Positions 27,586-39,572 of a DNA stretch of 64,000 nt are shown here, piece after piece. The position numbers and the translations under genes were made by a program. The stretch comes from the human T2T-CHM13v2.0 reference genome, Homo sapiens: the NCBI RefSeq assembly GCF_009914755.1, contig NC_060931.1. One strand, written 5' to 3'. Each line of letters opens with the position of its first letter. The stretch's first letter is position 1. The notes beneath the pieces are model-generated. The model saw only the letters and a list, made by a program, of their open reading frames with translations. It ran no database searches and was not told the origin of the DNA.

Positions 27586-28607
27586 TCTAACAAAGTCATA
27601 CCATATTTGTCTTGTTCCTAATGTTCCTGGCACACAGTGGCACTCAAAATATATTTGATAAGTGAATTAAATAGCAAAATTGTTCATCAAAGGATTATAA
27701 GCACCAAAAGCAATGTGTCTTTGTTTTTGCAACTTTTGTAAAATAATGCAAACCTATGCATCACTGAAAATTATGCTTTATGAGAATGATAAATTTTATT
27801 TTAATAAATTCAAGTAGAAAAATCAGATTAAACGGATTTATAAAACATGACTCTGAACACATATATTTACGTAGATTTATTTATGTGTAGCTAGAAAAGA
27901 TAATGGACACTGACACAAAAACTAGCAATGGAGAAATTGCAGGTGATTTTAATTTTCTTCTTTGTGCTTCTCTGAAACTTTTAAAGACCATGTGTCATAA
28001 TATGTTGAATGGGACCTTTCCTGCATTTTAAAATTTTGGCTAAAGCCCCATGCTGTGGACAACAAGTAGTAAGTATTTCCACATTCTAATCAAAACAGCC
28101 AAAAAGCTGTCAGATTCCCTTCTCTTGAGTTTGCTAAGAGGTAGCCAAATTGGTCTTTCTGCTGTCATACTCAACATTCTATCCAGTGTACAAAAGCTAA
28201 CATCCTAATTTTGTTGAAGGGGAAAGTTGGCAGAAAGTGAGCCATTCTAGTTTATTTTCCACCCCATCCCGTATCTGAAAGAAAGGCAAAGGATGCCATT
28301 CCTTTAAGTGATTATTATACTCCAAAAAGAACTACTTTTAGAGATTAAGGATGGCATAAGAACTGGCATTGTTAACCCTGGCTGGATGCTTGCTGAGCTG
28401 CATTTGTGCACAGGCTCACATATGCTGCCACCTGAGTGGAGTATGGTAAGAAAAGTCTTAGGAGCTTCAGCCTGTATCCTTTGGAATTTTAGAGTTACTG
28501 TCTTGCAATTTTTTTCAAGGCAGAAGTTTGACCACAGAGAGGGCAGCAAGAGTCAGCCCACTTTCAGAAAAGATACACTAGTTTCCTATGTGGGAAGTGG
28601 ATACTAC

Positions 28608-29010
28608 TAAGGGAGGAGACCACCCCTCACATTGTCTTATGCCTAATTTCTGCCTCCAAAGAAAGAAAAAGTGAAAACTAAAAGGCAGAAACGAAATCCA
28701 CAGGCAGACAGCCTGGCGCTGCACCCTGGGCCTGGTAGTTAAAGATCGACCCCTGACCTAATCGGTTATGTTATCTATAGATTACAGACATTGTATAGAA
28801 ATGGACTGTGAAAATCCCTATCCTGTTTTGTTCCGATCTAATTACCGGTGCATGCAGCCCCGAGTCACATACCCCCCGCTTTCTCAATCATGACCTTCTC
28901 ACACGCTCGGCTCTTGAGACAGGAGTCTTGCCGATACCCTCAGCCGAATAAAACCCTTCCTTCTTTAACTCGGTGTCTGAGGAGTTTTGTCTGCAACTTG
29001 TTCTGCTACA
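28608..29010 (+). mobile_element. LTR2 (HERV-E family) solo LTR with internal deletion
   Basis: Starts TAAGGGAGGAGACCACCCCTCA and ends AATAAA...GGAGTTTTGTCTGC...TGCTACA. 4-bp flanks CTAC / CAAC. Confidence 0.9.
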
Positions 29011-30928
29011 CAACAAAAAGTGGCAAGCTCAAGCATCTCCATGTGGCTTTCTTGGATTAAAAGGGCTTTCTGCCGTGGCAGGGGAACACTGGCAGTAATG
29101 AGTGGTGAGATGAACTGATGTGGGCAAGAGCTGAGTTGCTAACTAGAGAGTGATGCAATACAGTTGTTCAATGGGGACCCAAAAGAGCCCATCTGTGCTC
29201 CATGGACAATTCAGCATTTAGCATGTGAGCCCCTCACAGGGTATTGAGGACTAAAAGAGAACAAAATGAGCATCAATTAAACCTGTTTTTTCCTTTTTAC
29301 ACAATTCCGCACATGACCCCTTCTGCCTTGACCTTGGAAGACTCAGAAGATGATAAATTGAGGATGACTAGGTGGAGATATAGAACACAGTGAGGTAGGC
29401 AGTACAGTTCCTTTCTATGGACGGGGCTTAAGGCCCACAGGCCTGGCAGTTCTCCGGTGTCTTTCGATCCCACACGTTCTGCTGTTGAACTCATCAGGTG
29501 GATGGGAGGCAGGACTAGATTGAAGCTCCAAACAGAGCAGCTTGCGAAAGTTCGCATTGTGAATTGTAGCTCCAGACTGACTGCAGGAACAAACCAGCAA
29601 TCCCGAGAGGACCCACAGACCCTCTGAAGGAAGTGTACTACTCCTGTAGGACCCAGGAGACACCCCAAATACTGTGAGTGCCCCAACTGTAGAAGTGGGA
29701 AAGGAAGACCCTGCTCCCCCAAACACACACCTCCATTGGAGAAGTTGAAAGTCTTGTTTGTGGGAGAAGTTTCTGACTTTACCTGGAGCTGAGTCAATTT
29801 AGAGAGCCAAGCGAAATATAGGGTAGAGGAAGTAGCAGAAAGGCCCTGGGAGCTCACTGTGCCCCGAGTAGGCCATTCCTGCCTGGCATCCCAGGGATCC
29901 ATTCGGAGGGTGACCAGAGGAGCAGGGGGTAAAACTCCACAGGGAGAAGGAAATCTCTAGCTGAACTTTGTAACAATTTGAAGAGGGTGAGAAGCCTCCT
30001 GGCCAGAACTCCAGGGAGGGTGAAAATCCAGTGTGTGGACTCCACAGATGGGGGAAGAACCAAGCCCTTTTCTTTCACAGCTGGGAGGCAGGTAGCCCAG
30101 GGCAAATTTTCAAGCCCGACATGCCTTCCACCTGGAAACAGACTGGGGGTTGTTGGGGTGTGCATGATGGGGGTGAGACTGGCCCTTCAGTTTGCGTGGG
30201 AGCTGTGTGAGGCCTGTGACTGCTGGCTTTCCCCCACTTCCCTGACAACTGCATGACTCAGCAGAGGCAGCCACAATCCTCCTAGGTACACAACTCCAGT
30301 GACCTGGGAATCTCACCCCCATCCCCCACAGCAGCTGCAGCAAGACCTGCCCAAGGAGAGTCTGAGCTCAGACATGCCTAGGCCTGCCCCCACCTGATGG
30401 TTCTTCCCTACCCATCCTGGTAGCTGAAGACAAAACGCATATAATCTTGGGAGTTCTAGGGCCCAACCCACCACCAGTCCCTCTCCACACTACTAGAGCT
30501 GATGCTTTCTGGAAAGCATCACCTCCTGGCAGGAGGCCAACCAGCACTAAAATAGACCATTAAAGCACCAAAGCTGAGGACCCCCATGGAGTCCATTGCA
30601 TTCCCCTCAACCATCTTCACTGGAACAGGCGCTGGTATCCACAGCTGAGAGACCCGTAGAAGGTTCACATCACAGGATTCTGTGCAGACAACCCCCAGTA
30701 CCAACCCAGAGCTGGGCAGACTGGCTGGGTGGCTAGACTCAGAAGAGAGACAACAATCACTGCAGTTCGGCTCACAGGAAGCCACATCCAAAGGAAAAGG
30801 GGAAGAGCACTACATAAACGGAACACCCCATGGGACAAAAGAATCTGAACAACAGCCTTCAGCTCTAAACCTTCCCTCTGATGGAGCCTACCCAAATAAG
30901 AAGAAACCAGAAAACCAACCCTGGTAAT

Positions 30929-31875
30929 ATGACAAAACAAGGCTCTTTGACACCCTCAAAAAATTACACTAGTTCCCCAGCAATGGATCCAAGCCAAGAA
31001 GAAATCTGTGATATAACTAAAAAAGAATTAGGGAGGTTAGTTATTAAGTTAATCAGGAAGGGACCAGAGAAAGGTGAAGGCCATTGTAAGGAAATCCAAA
31101 AAATGATACAAGAAGTGAAGGGAGAAATATTCAAGGAAACAGATAGCTTTAAAAAATCAAAAATTCAGGAGACTTTGGACACACTTTTAGAAAGCCTCAG
31201 CAATAGAACTGAACAAGTAGAAAGAAATTCAGAGCTTGAAGACAAGGTCTTCTAATTAACTCAAACTAACAAATACAAAGAAAAAAGAATAAGAAGATAT
31301 GAACAAAGTCTCCAAGAAGTCTGGGATTATGTTAAATGACCAAACTTAAGAATAATCCATGTTCCTGAGGAAGAAGGGAACTCTAAAAGCTTGGAAAACA
31401 TTCAGGGGAATAATCAAGAAAAACTTCCCTGGCCTTGCTAGACACCTATACATCCAAATACAAGAAGCACAAAGAACACCTGGAAAATTCATTGCACAAA
31501 GATCTTTGCCTGGGTGTATTGTCATCAGGTTACCCAAAATTAAGACAAAGGAAAGAATCTGAAGAACTGTGAGACAGAAGCACCAGGCAATGTATAAAGG
31601 AAAACCTATCAGATTAATAACAGATTTCTTAACAGAAACCCTACAAGCTAGAAGGGATTGGGGCCTTATCTTCTGCCTCCTCAAACAAAACCATTATCAG
31701 CCAAGAATTTTGTATCCAGTGAAACTAAGCATCATATATGAAGGAAAGATACAGTCATTTTCAGAAAGATGCTGAGAGAATTTGCCATTACCAAGCCACC
31801 AGTACAAGAACTGCTAAAAGGAGCTCTAAATCTTTAAACGAGTCCTGGAAACACATCAAAACAGAACCTCTTTAA
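30929..31875 (+). pseudogene. L1PB ORF1p remnant (stops and frameshifts)
   Basis: Fragments IIKKNFPGLAR..QIQEAQRTP and YKGKPIRL..ETLQARRDW..YQPRILYP. Confidence 0.85.
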
Positions 31876-31970
31876 AGCATCAATCCCACACCTATAAAAC
31901 AAAAATACATATTAAAAAGCAAAAACAAAACAAAACAAAAAACAAAAGTACACAGACAACAAAAAGCAAA

Positions 31971-34900
31971 ATGAATGCAACCTCACATTTCAATATTAAC
32001 ATTAAATGTGAATGGCCTAAATGCTCCACTTAAAAGATTCAGAACCGCAGAATGGATAAGAACTCACCAACCAAATATCTACTGCCTTCAGGAGACCTAC
32101 CTAACACATAAGGACTCACATAAACTTAAAGTAAAGGGGTGGAAAGAGGCATTTCATGCAAATGGACACCAAAAGTGAGCAGGGGTAGCTATTCTTATAT
32201 CAGACAAAACAAATTTTAAAGCAACAGCAGTTAAAAGAGACAAAGAGGGACATTATATAATGGTAAAAGGCCTTGTCCAACAGGAAACTATCACAATCCT
32301 AAACATATACATGCCTAACAATGGAGTACCCAAATTTATAAAAACAATTACTAATAGACCTAAGAAATGAGATAGACAGCAACACAATAATAGTGGGGGA
32401 CTTCAATACTCCACTGACAGCACTAGACAGGTCCTCAAGACAGAAAGTCAACAAAGGAACAATGGATTTAAACTACACCTTGGAACAAATGGACTTAACA
32501 GATATATACAGAAAATTTCATCCAACAACTGCAGAATACACTTTCTATTCAACAGTGTATGGAACTTTCTCCAAGATAGACCATATAATAGGCCATAAAA
32601 TGAGCCTCAATACATTTAAGAAAATTGATATTATATCAAGCACTCTCTCAGACCACAGTGCTCCTGAATGAGCATTGGGTCAAAAACAAAATCAAGATGG
32701 AAATTAAAACATTCTTCAAACTGAATGTCAATAATGACACAACCTATCAAAACCTCTGGGTTATAGCAAAGGCAATGCTAAGAGGAAAGTTCATAGCCTT
32801 AAGCATCTACATCCAAAAAACTGAAAGAACACAAGCTGACATTCTAAGGTCACACCTCAAGGAACTAGAAAAACAAGAACAAAACAAACCCAAACCCAGC
32901 AGAAGAAAAGAAATAACCAAGATCAGAGCAGAATTAAATGAAATTTAAACCAAACAAAAAAAAGATAAATAAAACAAAAAACTGTTTTTTTGAAAAGATA
33001 AATAAAATTGGTAGATCTTAGCAAGATTAACCAAGAAAAGAAGAGAAAAAATGCAAAATGCAAAATTCAAGTGACCTCACTAAAAAACAAAACAGAAGAT
33101 ATTACAACTGACAGCGCTGAAATACAAAAGATCATTCAAGACTACTATGAACACCTTTATGCACATAAAATAGAAAACCTAAAAGAGATGGATGAATTCC
33201 TGGAAAAATACAACCCTTCTAACTTAAATCAATAAGAATTAGATACCCTGAACAGACTAATAACAGGCAGCAAGATTGAAATGGTAATTAAAAAATTACC
33301 AACAAAAAAGTCCAAGATCAGACGATTCACAGAAGAATGCTACCAGACATTCAAAGAAGAATTAGTACCAATGCTCTTGACGTTATTTCACAAGAGAGAA
33401 AGAAGGAACTCTCCCTAATTCATTTAATGAACCTAGCATCACCCTAATACCAAAACCAGGCAAGGACATAACTGTAAAGAAAACTACAGACCAATATCCT
33501 TGATGAATATTGATACTAAAATTCTTAACAAAACACTAGCTAACCAAATCCAACAACATATGAAAAAGATAATCCACCATGATCAAGTGTGTTTCATACT
33601 AGGGATGCAGAGATGGTTTAACACATGCAAGTAAATAAATGTGATACACCACATAAACAGCATTAAAAACAAAAATCACATGATCATCTCAGTAGATGCA
33701 GAAAAAGCATTTGACAAAATCCAGTATCCCTTTATGATTAAAACTCTCTGTAAAATTGGCACAAGGGACATACCTTAATTTAATAAAAGCCATCTATGAC
33801 AAACCCTCAGCCGACATAATACCGAATGTGGAAAAGTTGAAAGCATTCCCTATGATAACTGGAAAAACACAAGGATGCCCACTCTGACCACTCCTCTTCA
33901 GCATAGTAATGGAAGTCCTAGCCGGAGCAATCAGACAAGAGAAAGAAATAAAGGGCAACCAAATTGGTAAAGAGGAAGTCAAACTGTCACTGTTTGCTGA
34001 TGATATGATTGCTTATCCTGAAAACCCTCAGGACTCCTCCAGAAAGCTCCTAGAACTGATAAAAGAATTCAGCAAAGTTTCCGATACAAGATTAATGTAC
34101 ACAAATCAGTAGCTCTTCTATACACAAATAGCAATCAAGCAGAGAATCAAATCAAGAACTCAACCCCTTTTACAATAGCTGCAAAAAAATAAAATACTTA
34201 GGAATATACCTAACCAAGGAGTCAAAAGACCTCTACAAGGAAAACTATAAAACACTGCTGAAAGAAATCATGATCGACACAAACAAATGGAAACACATCC
34301 CATGCTCATGGATGAGTAGAATCAATATTGTGAAAATGACCATACTACCATACTGCCAAAACCAATCTAAAAATTCAACACAATCCCCATCAACATACCA
34401 CCATCATTCTTCAAAGAGTTAGAAAAAACAATTCTAAAATTCATATGGAACCAAAAAAGAGCCTGCATAGCCAAAGCAAGACTAAGTAAAAATAACGAAT
34501 CTGGAGGCATCACACTACCTGATTTCAAACTGTGCTATAAGGCCATAGTCACCAAAACAGCGTGGTACTGGTATAAAAATAGGCATATAGACCAATAGAA
34601 CAGAACAGAGAACCCAGAAATAAACTCAAATACTTACAGCCAACTGATCTTCAAAAAAGCAAACAAAAACATAAAGTGGGAAAAGGACACCCTTTTCAAC
34701 AAATGGTTCTGGGATAATTGGCTAGCCACATGTAGGAGAATGAAACTAGATCCTCATCTCTCACCTTATACAAAAATCAACTCAAGATGGATTAAAGACT
34801 TAAACCTAAGACCTGCAACTATGAAAATTCTAGAAGGTAACATTGGAAAAACCCTCCTAGACATTGATTTAGGCAAGGATTTTATGACCAAGAACCCAAA

Positions 34901-35629
34901 AGCAAATGCAATAAAAACAAAGAGAAATAGCTGGGACCTAATTAAACTAAAGACCTTTTTCACGGCAAAAGGAACAGTCATCAGAGTAAACAGACAACCC
35001 ACAGAGTGGGAAAAAATCTTCACAATCTATAGATCTGACAAAGGACTAATATCCAGAATCTACAACGAACTCAAACAAATCAGTAAGGAAAAAATGAACA
35101 ACCCAATCAAAAAGTGGTCTAAGGACATGAATAGACAATTCTCAAAAGAATATATACAAATGGCCAACAAACATATGAAAAAATGCTCAACATAACTAAT
35201 GATCAGGGAAATGCAAATCAAAACCACAATGTGATACCACCTTATTCCTGCAAGAATGGTCGTAATCAAAAAATCAAAAAACAGTAGATATTGGTATGGA
35301 TGCAGTGAACAGAGAACACTTCTACACTGCTGGTAGGAATGTAAACTAGTACAGCTGCTATGGAAAACAGTCTGGAGATTCCTTAAAGAACAATTTGATC
35401 CAGCAATCCCACTACTGGTTATCTACCCAGAGGAAAAGAAGTCATTATTTGAAAAAGATACTTGCACATGCATGTTTATAGTGGCACAATTCACAATAGC
35501 AAAATCATGGAACCAACCCAAATGCCCATCAATCAACAAGTGGGTAAAGAAACTGTGATTTTATATATATAAACTGTGGTTATTTACATATATATATAAA
35601 CTGTGATTATACATATATATTATATATAA

Positions 35630-35672
<43 letters not shown>

Positions 35673-35800
35673 AATACTATGCAGCCATAAAAAGGAATGA
35701 ATTAACAGCATTTGCAGTGATCTGGATGACATCGGAGACTATTATTTCAAGTGAAGTAACTCAGGAATGGAAAACCAAACATCGTATGTCCTCACTGATA
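31971..35800 (+). pseudogene. L1PB ORF2p remnant (endonuclease and reverse transcriptase), disrupted
   Basis: ILTLNVNGLN, GDFNTPL, SDH and LSLFADDMI motifs spread over several frames. Short internal deletion right after SDH at about 32660. Confidence 0.9.
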
Positions 35801-36899
35801 TGTGGGAGCTCAACTATGAGGATGCAAAGGCATAAGAATGATACAAGGGACTTTGGGGACTTGGGGGAGGAAGAGTGGGACGGAGCAAGGGATAAAAGAC
35901 TAAAAATGTGGTGCAGTGTATACTGCTTAGGTGATGGGTGCACCAAAATCTCACAAATCACCATTAAAGAACTTACTCATATAACCAAATACCACCTGTA
36001 CCCCAATAGCTTATGGGAAATAAGTTTGCACTCTTGTTTCCACATATTTTTTAGTCTCCCCAAATTTCTTGCTATCACTGATATCTAATTTTCTTCCATT
36101 TTTATTGGATAACTTAATTTGTATTATACAATTTTTTCATTTATTGAAAACAATAACAACAACAAAGAACACAGTGAGGTAACAGACCATGCTTCCCTTC
36201 TTTGTGGTCCAGCCAATGAGTCAGACTTGATTCTAGAGAATGGGAGAAGACTTAAGCTGGGTGCAATATTGAATTGTTTACATTTATTTGGGCTAAACCT
36301 ATTTAAAGGTCACATTGAGGCTTAGTTGCCAAGGTAAGACTGTTCTTACAATGACCAGAAAGCCATGGTGTCTGTTGACAGTGTGACCCTTTAGTGCAGA
36401 CAGAGACTTTAACCGCATGGTCCAAGGCACTTAGTGTAGATTATTACGTGCATTTCTTGTTTACATCGCCATTGAGTTTAGCCATTCTGCTATCCAATTA
36501 TACATGTGTTAAACTTATGTTATTTTTAACTCATAAAGAACAAATTATCAGAAGCCTCATTACAAAGCAATTCTCAGGGGTGACGTTATAAAATTAAGGC
36601 ATGGGTAAAAGTGTTATATCAATATACTTTCATAGAACATCAATACTAGTTACCTTCTCCTTCTAGATGTGGGCATCTGAGCTTGACCATAGTGATTGAG
36701 GATGACAGAGCTTTCTGAAGTTTTCTAGGCAGCATAGGCTTCTAAGAATATGTATGAATCAAGAGCAGGGAAAGAGTACCTCAAAATATGACTAACTTAA
36801 GAGGATAGGATCCAATACAAAATGTGTTTGATTTCTATAATGAAAATAAGCAACATATATGCATATTTTAAGCACAATGTTTTATGATGCTCTTTTCTA

Positions 36900-37390
36900 C
36901 AGTTATATGAATTCAGTGGAATGCAAATATTTGACCACAAAACAAGTTCTGCTTTTATGATTTTCTTAGGATAGAATCTAGAATTGGAAATAATAGGCAA
37001 ACTGTTGTAAATAATGCTAAGCATCTTAATGTATATTGCTAGATTATTTTCTAAAGCTCAAAAGGAATTATAACCTCTTAGCATGTATTGAGTATTGACA
37101 ACCTTTTCAAAATTGCTAACTTACTAAACAAGAGTATCTTATTAAACTTTGCACTTATTTATTCTACTGTCCTTGAATGGTTCATTGTCCTCATTACCAT
37201 TTGTATTTATTGATACATTATTGTGATGTATCTATTTACATATTTTGCCCTTTTATGCTGTCAGGTTTTAGTGTCATTTTTTTCTATTACTGATAAATTT
37301 AAAGGTACTTAAGATTTCTGTTAAATGTGGTTAATATAGTTGTATCAAAAGATGTTTCATTAATTTTTTATGCAATAGTCACATAAGTTC
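36900..37390 (-). mobile_element. Old L1ME-type fragment
   Basis: TTTTCTTAGGATAGAATCTAGAATTGGAAAT...TATATTGCTAGATT... antisense L1M pattern, very diverged. Confidence 0.55.
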
Positions 37391-37547
37391 AATTAATAAA
37401 GAAGCTTCATCCATTCATGTATTCAATAAACTTAATCATTCGTCAACTCTAGTGCTACGTAAAACAAGGAGCCATTCCCCAAGATGCTTATCAGAGAGAA
37501 GAGTTTGGCAAGTACCATAAAAGCAACCCAGGTTACATGTAGTAGTT

Positions 37548-37949
37548 TATATTAGTCTGCTTGGGCTGCCATAACAAATCCCTCAGACTGAATGGTTTAT
37601 GTAATAAAAACTGAAATTTATATTCTCACAGTTCTGGAGACTGGAAAACCAAATTCAAGGTGATGGCAGGGTTGGTATCCAGTGAAAGTTCTTCCTTTGT
37701 GTGGCAGATAGCCACCTCCTCACTAAGTACCCATAAGACCTTTCCTAGGGTTATGCATACACAGGGAGAAAAAGAGAGAGAGAGAGAGAGCTCTGATGTC
37801 TCTTACAAGGATAATACTCCTATCAGATTAGGGCCCCACCCTTATGAAATAATTTACTTTTTTCCTCTGAATACAGCTGCACTTGGAGTTAGGGGTTTCA
37901 ACACAGAAATTTGAGGTAGAGGGGAAGCACAGACATTCAGCCCATAACA
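37548..37949 (-). mobile_element. MLT1A/A0-like solo LTR
   Basis: TATATTAGTCTGCTTGGGCTGCCATAACAAA...GACATTCAGCCCATAACA. TSD TAGTT / TACTT. Confidence 0.85.
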
Positions 37950-38000
37950 TACTTTGAGTTATTCTATCTTGGAGATGGTAAGAAAAATAGGAAATGTACT

Positions 38001-38290
38001 CATTTATTCATTCAGTGAACATTTATTGAGTGCCTAGTTCATACCTGGCACAATGCTTAATGTTAGTAATAGTAGCTATTTTCCTGGAGGAGATAATAAT
38101 CAAATGAAGAAAAAGAAGATATAAATCACAATGCAGTTTGCTATAATATATCCACCACAAAGACTCTGAAAACACAAAAGAGGGAACAGATAAATATGTC
38201 TGTGGGAGTTGGGAAAGATAACACAGAAAAGCAAACATTTATTTGGGTCTTAAATGTTGGGTAGGATTGTGTAATGCAAAGAGAAAAAAC
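38001..38290 (-). mobile_element. L2 3' end relic
   Basis: CATTTATTCATTCAGTGAACATTTATTGAGTGCCTA... Confidence 0.7.
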
Positions 38291-39572
38291 AGTTGTATCA
38301 TGATCATGACGAGAATGGTTGCTCAGGCAATGTTTTGTGTTTGAGTCTTCACTTCTGAGTTGCAGATTTTTCTAAGAGTACTTTCTGAGTGGTGTGTTTG
38401 GAGCTTTGGATATACGTCTCACTCTGTCCTCACCTTCCTCTCACTAAAATTCTGAGAGTAAAAGAATGGAAAGTAAGGGAAATCTGGCTATTGTTCTTGT
38501 CTTTCAAAGTTGGTGTTATCTGCAGTGCCCTCAAGCAAAACATTTCACTGTCATGTCATTTGGATATTGGTTTCAAGAAAAAGCACCTTTCACAGTGGTT
38601 AGGTTCTAAAGTCAACGTAGACATAAAGTGTGCTTATGATGGAAGCACACAAATCCTAACCAGCCATATAACTTTGTCTATGTCAAGAAACAATGTTTAT
38701 CCTCCACTTGAATAACTCTTTCCATAAAAGGTGAATATCTAGATTTAGATAGCCTAATAAGATTACTTTCGGTCCCTTCCAAGATGGCCTAATAGGAACA
38801 GCTCCGGCCTGCAGTTCCCAGCATGATCAACACAGAAGATGGGTGATTTCTGCATTTTCAACTGAGGTACCTGGCTTATCTCATTGGGACTGGTTGGACA
38901 GTGGGTGCAGCCCACAGAGGGCTAGACAAAGCAGGGTGGGGTGTCGCCTCACCTGGGAAGTTCAAGGGGTCAGGGGATTTCCATTTCCTAGCCAAGGGAA
39001 GTCATGACAGGCTGTACCTGGAAAAATGGGACATGTCCACCCAAATGCTGCACTTTTCCCACAGTCTTAGCAACTGGCAGACCGGGAGATTCTCTCCCAT
39101 GCCTAGGTGGCAGGTCCAACGCCCATGGAGCCTTGCTCACTGCTAGCACAGCAGTCTAAGATCGACCTGTGAGGCTGCAGCCTGGTGGGGGGAAGGGCAT
39201 CCACCATTGCTAAGGCTTAAGAAGGTAAAGAAAGCAGCCAGGAAGCTCAAACTGGGCAGAGCCCACCACAGCTCAGTAAGGCCTACTGCCTCTATAGACT
39301 CCACCTCTGGGGGTAAGGCATAGCTGAACAGCAATATTTGCTATTCAGCAATATTTGCTGTTCTGCAGCCTCCACTGGTGATACCCAGGCAAACAGGGAC
39401 TGGAGTGGACCTCCAGCAAACTCCAACAGACTAGCAGCTGAGGGAACTGACTGTATGAAGGAAAACTAACAAACAGAAAGGAATCGCATCAACATCAAAA
39501 AAAGAACATCCACACCAAAACCCCATCTCTAGGTCACCAATGTCAAAGACCAAAGTAGATAAAACCACAAAG

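Larger units (their letters stand above)
29491..36023 (+). mobile_element. Full-length, inactive L1PB1 (L1PBa1-type 5' UTR) LINE-1
   Basis: 5' GGGAGGCAGGACTAGATTG...AAACCAGCAATCCCGAGAGGACCCACAGACC. ORF1 and ORF2 remnants present. 3' CCAAATACCACCTGTACCCCAATA. Enclosed with extra sequence by the 16-bp TSD 29382-29397 / 36166-36181. Confidence 0.93.

Noticed and set aside
39329-39365. Tandem GCAATATTTGCT duplication in the L1PA6 5'UTR
   Set aside because: As I recall this is a normal feature of L1PA6-age 5'UTRs, not specific to this copy.
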